DNA of 63,778 nt, the filler included, from Octopus bimaculoides (taxonomy: Eukaryota): the NCBI RefSeq assembly GCF_001194135.2. It is 7 parts of 7 records of this genome, joined end to end, with 100 filler letters (N's around TTAATTAATTAA, not from the genome) between each part and the next. Parts side by side here need not be neighbours in the genome. Positions count along the whole stretch, not along the records: positions 59,224 to 60,967 come from NW_026339292.1; positions 61,068 to 63,778 come from NC_068992.1; 5 more parts are not named here. The stretch is one strand, 5' to 3'. The notes beneath the pieces were generated by a model. It saw only the letters and a list, made by a program, of their open reading frames with translations, was not told where the DNA came from and searched no databases. This document shows, one piece after another, positions 59,763 through 63,778 of this stretch. The translations under genes were made by a program, and so were the position numbers. Each line of letters opens with the position of its first letter. Positions within the stretch are counted from its first letter, which is position 1.

Positions 59763-60933
59763 TGTTCACGCGTAATTTCCTTGAACTTCTGTGTATGCGT
59801 GTATGTATGTGTGTGTATGTATGTGTATGTGTGTGTTCGTGTGTGTTTATTTGAATTTCTGTGTGGTGTGTGTGTGTGTGTGTGNNNNNNNNNNNNNNNN
59901 NNNNNNNNNNNNNNNNNNNNNNNNNNNNNNNNNNNNNNNNNNNNNNNNNNNNNNNNNNNNNNNNNNNNNNNNNNNNNNNNNNNNNNNNNNNNNNNNNNNN
60001 NNNNNNNNNNNNNNNNNNNNNNNNNNNNNNNNNNNNNNNNNNNNNNNNNNNNNNNNNNNNNNNNNNNNNNNNNNNNNNNNNNNNNNNNNNNNNNNNNNNN
60101 NNNNNNNNNNNNNNNNNNNNNNNNNNNNNNNNNNNNNNNNNNNNNNNNNNNNNNNNNNNNNNNNNNNNNNNNNNNNNNNNNNNNNNNNNNNNNNNNNNNN
60201 NNNNNNNNNNNNNNNNNNNNNNNNNNNNNNNNNNNNNNNNNNNNNNNNNNNNNNNNNNNNNNNNNNNNNNNNNNNNNNNNNNNNNNNNNNNNNNNNNNNN
60301 NNNNNNNNNNNNNNNNNNNNNNNNNNNNNNNNNNACTTCTGGCTGTGCGTGTATGTATGTATGTATGTGTGTGTCTCTGTGTGTGTTCATGTGTGTTTAT
60401 TTGAATTTATGTGTGGTGTGTGTGTGTGTGTGTGTTCACGTGTGTTTATTTGTTTAAACTTCTATCTGTGTATGTGTACGTGCGCATGTCTATGTGTGTG
60501 TATGTGTATATTAGTGAGTATCTGTGTGTGTGTGTGTGTGTGTCTGTGTGTGTTCACACGTATTTGCTTGAACTTCTGGCTGTGCGTGTATGTATGTATG
60601 TATGTGTGTGTCTCTGTGTGTGTTCATGTGTGTTTATGTGAATTTCTGTGTGTGTGTGTGTGTGTGCGTGCATGTCTATGTGTGTGTATGTTTGTGCATG
60701 TGTACGTGTGTATTTGTATGTGTGTATGTGTATGTGAGTGTGTGATGTATGTGTTCTAATATGAGTGTGTGTGTGTGTGTATGCAAATTTCTTTTCGCAT
60801 GTGCGTGTTTGCGATGTTTGCTTTCTTGTACATGTGTTTGTGTATGTGTGTGTCTGGGTGCGCGCATTTATGTGTGTGCATGTTTGTGTGTGTGTGATGT
60901 TTGTTTTGCATATGAACGTTTGTGTGTATGTGT

Positions 60934-60966
<33 letters not shown>

Positions 60967-60967
60967 T
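59706..60967 (+). repeat. TG-rich complex minisatellite with a unit of about 235 bp
   Basis: acttctggctgtgcgtgtatgtatgtatgtatgtgtgtgtctctgtgtgtgttcatgtgtgtttat at about 60336 and 60572; related unit near 59785. Confidence 0.75.
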
Positions 60968-61067
60968 NNNNNNNNNNNNNNNNNNNNNNNNNNNNNNNNN
61001 NNNNNNNNNNNTTAATTAATTAANNNNNNNNNNNNNNNNNNNNNNNNNNNNNNNNNNNNNNNNNNNN
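60968..61067. other. Artificial scaffold linker
   Basis: Same block. Confidence 0.95.
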
Positions 61068-61622
61068 ATATATATATATATATATATATATATAGCAACT
61101 AGATCATTGAAGAGCTATTTAATAAAACAGAAGGCCGTGAAAGTCACTTTTATCTTAAATTTATTTCATGAGTCTTTGCTGTACAGTTACAACTTGGCCT
61201 CTGTCATTAGCTTGTCTCTGTCCAGGTTGCAATTGTGCAATGAGAATTTTGAGTCATGAAAGAAAATATGAGAAATTTAAAAGTGAACTAAATAGCTTTG
61301 TGTGTTAAGAAATAGATAGAATGGCTCATGTGCAATGTAGTCGTTTGAGTTTCAACATCCAGTCTTAGATCATGTCACATGCTAGCCAAGTACTATTTTG
61401 AAATGTGTGTGTGCTTGTGTACTTGCATGCATCCTTGTATGTATGTATGTAAATGTGTATACATTTATATATATGTGCATATAAATGTATATACATTTAT
61501 ATGTATGTGTTTTAATATATATTTGTCATGTGATGTATTTAGAAAAAAATTGTTTGACTAGTACAGACAAAATCATTTTGGGAATTATTTCACTGTAATT
61601 TGTTGTAAAATAGTTTTTTTAT

Positions 61623-61669
<47 letters not shown>

Positions 61670-63639
61670 GTCATCTGAACACTCTCAAGTTTTTGTAAGT
61701 TTTACTTATTCACAATGAACTGAAAAATCATATTGCTTGACAAGAACTGATTCATGAAGAATACAAACAGAAAACAAAACATGTGAACCAACATTGCTAT
61801 TTTCTATGGATTTCCATTTACAAACCCAAATATATTGACATACATGCTTTGCTCTAGATGAAACCCATTCCTAAGATACACATAGAGACCATATGAAATA
61901 TGTCCTGTCTTATTTATATACACCTTACTGGCACCTTATATTTATATAACAAATGTACATATAACTGAACTCCTTGACTTCTAGAGATAAATATATAGGG
62001 TAAAAATAAAATAAAATGAAAATATATTAATAGGGAAAACTCTGTTGGAAATACAGGTGAAATGAAATTCAATTTCCATTCGTTTATATTTATTTAATTC
62101 ACACAACAAATTTCCCTGAATATCTCTTGTAATGATTTTGCAATCATGAATACAGGAGACCCCTTTTTTCTCTTTCAAAATTCAATGATTTTTATTTATC
62201 TTTTTTATATCTATTTTTTTTCTTTGTCTACTTTGTTGCCTCTATTTTTGTTTTCTTTATTGACTGGCAATACTATGATTCTTTATCTTTTCAATCACAT
62301 GTTTAATTCTTTATTAATTTTTCAGATAATTTAAGATAAATATTTATTTTATCAGAGAATCATTTATTAAAATGCATAAGCATTATTTCTATAATATCTT
62401 CAACTAAAGAAGAAAGAAGAATATAAGTACCATTTTTGGTGACATCGTTTTCACAATGCAATGCTCTTTTCTGTTTAGTAAGATTCTACAAACAGTAACT
62501 TCAGTCATTTTTATTATTATTATTAATTAATTATTTCTAAGACATGTTGCTGTACCATTGTTTACCCATTCACCATCTTTGATATATGTAATTCTGCTAT
62601 TAGCCAGACACTATCTATTTGTAAGTTTATATGATTTACTTACTACCTATCTACCTACCAAGAATCCAACAATATTCAAGATATACAAAACAACAACAAA
62701 AAAAATCTTTCTGAATATTTAAAACTTTTACTGTTTCTTGATTCTATATATTCTCCAGAATAGCTTGAACTGTAGAATTTTGAGAGATGAGATCACTACA
62801 TTTGAGTAACTTGGTGTGCATTAATTGACTTATTTACCTTGATTTAAGCAACATTTGGAACTCGGGTGTCAAATTCACTATCCTCCTTCATTTTAGTACT
62901 GCAGTAAAAACAGTTTTATGAGCTACATAGATTAATTTATAAACATCTAATGAAGCTAAGCTAGTATTATAATTTCTCTTATCTTGTGCCATTTTTTCTC
63001 TCCTTTCAGTAGATTTGTTCTATAAAATATTTTATTTTATTCTCAGCTATGTTCTGCCACTCAAAATACTCTCTTTGTTACTGCAGTAGTTATAGTAGTA
63101 GTAGTTGCAGTAGTTATAATCTCCATATTAGTAGTAATATTAGTAGCAGTAGTAGCAGCAGTACAATTATTATGTTTAAATCCATGTGTTGTTATTGCCT
63201 GAACATTTGGTTTCTCTTTAGATCTTGTCTAAAAACATTTAATACCAAATACTGCCATCTTTTGATCAGCAAAGAAACTAGTTTTAGTGGTCTTCCCTTC
63301 AGTAATCAGTGAATTTCCCCTAAAACTATCTTAAATGTATTTTCACTTTATTTTTCCAATCTCGCTTTATTGCTGTCTGCCATTTTTGCCTTCCTGTTTC
63401 TTTAACTCTCTCATCCTTTACTCTACATCTTGTAGAAAGCCAGCTGTTATTTTTGTTTGCAAAGCCATTTCATCATTAAAAGCCATTTGAAACCTACAAA
63501 CCACAAAAGGTGTTTTCAAATCAAACCCCTCCAATTTGTTTTGAGATACTTGACTGTTTGCAGGCCAGGATTTTTTTTTACAATATAAGTATAATATAAT
63601 AAATATATGTATAATATTATATACGATATAAATCATTAT

Positions 63640-63662
63640 ATAATATAACATATAGTAATATG

Positions 63663-63702
<40 letters not shown>

Positions 63703-63778
63703 GATATATATATATATATATACATATGATATATATATAATATATATATACATATGATATATATATAATATATATATA
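63640..63778. repeat. (TA)n with repeated tacatatgatatatata units
   Basis: Direct inspection. Confidence 0.9.

Noticed and set aside
63418-63493. Candidate minus terminal exon FQMAFNDEMALQTKITAGFLQDVE*
   Set aside because: A plausible acceptor, but short, unrecognised and within chance expectation.

Overview
Repeat-dense, AT-rich eukaryotic draft-genome window with many N gaps and microsatellites. It is most likely a coleoid cephalopod (Octopus), inferred from recalled SINE families and not verified by search. The only host gene I can name is ribose-5-phosphate isomerase A (RPIA): three + strand internal exons at 22868-22928, 26606-26661 and 31177-31236. Its first exon and later exons are not visible. 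A few unnamed candidate exons are also present. The rest is a transposon landscape: tRNA-derived SINE families, a decayed Gypsy (Mag-like) LTR element with nested insertions, a Tx1/L1 LINE, RTE fragments, three R4/Dong-like elements sitting in (TAA)n tracts, Tc1/mariner relics, MITEs, a probable Helitron and Penelope-like (PLE) pieces. The most interesting signal is a set of minimal hammerhead ribozyme (HHR) motifs. Two are canonical (4183-4219 +, 23163-23248 -) and one is cut by an inversion junction (39484-39517). A head-to-head pair in a palindrome (11851-11957) has the catalytic C3:G8 pair swapped to G3:C8. Six 44N-TTAATTAATTAA-44N blocks are artificial scaffold joins. Most entries in the supplied ORF track are artefacts of N runs and microsatellites. 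All identifications are by eye; repeat boundaries are approximate.
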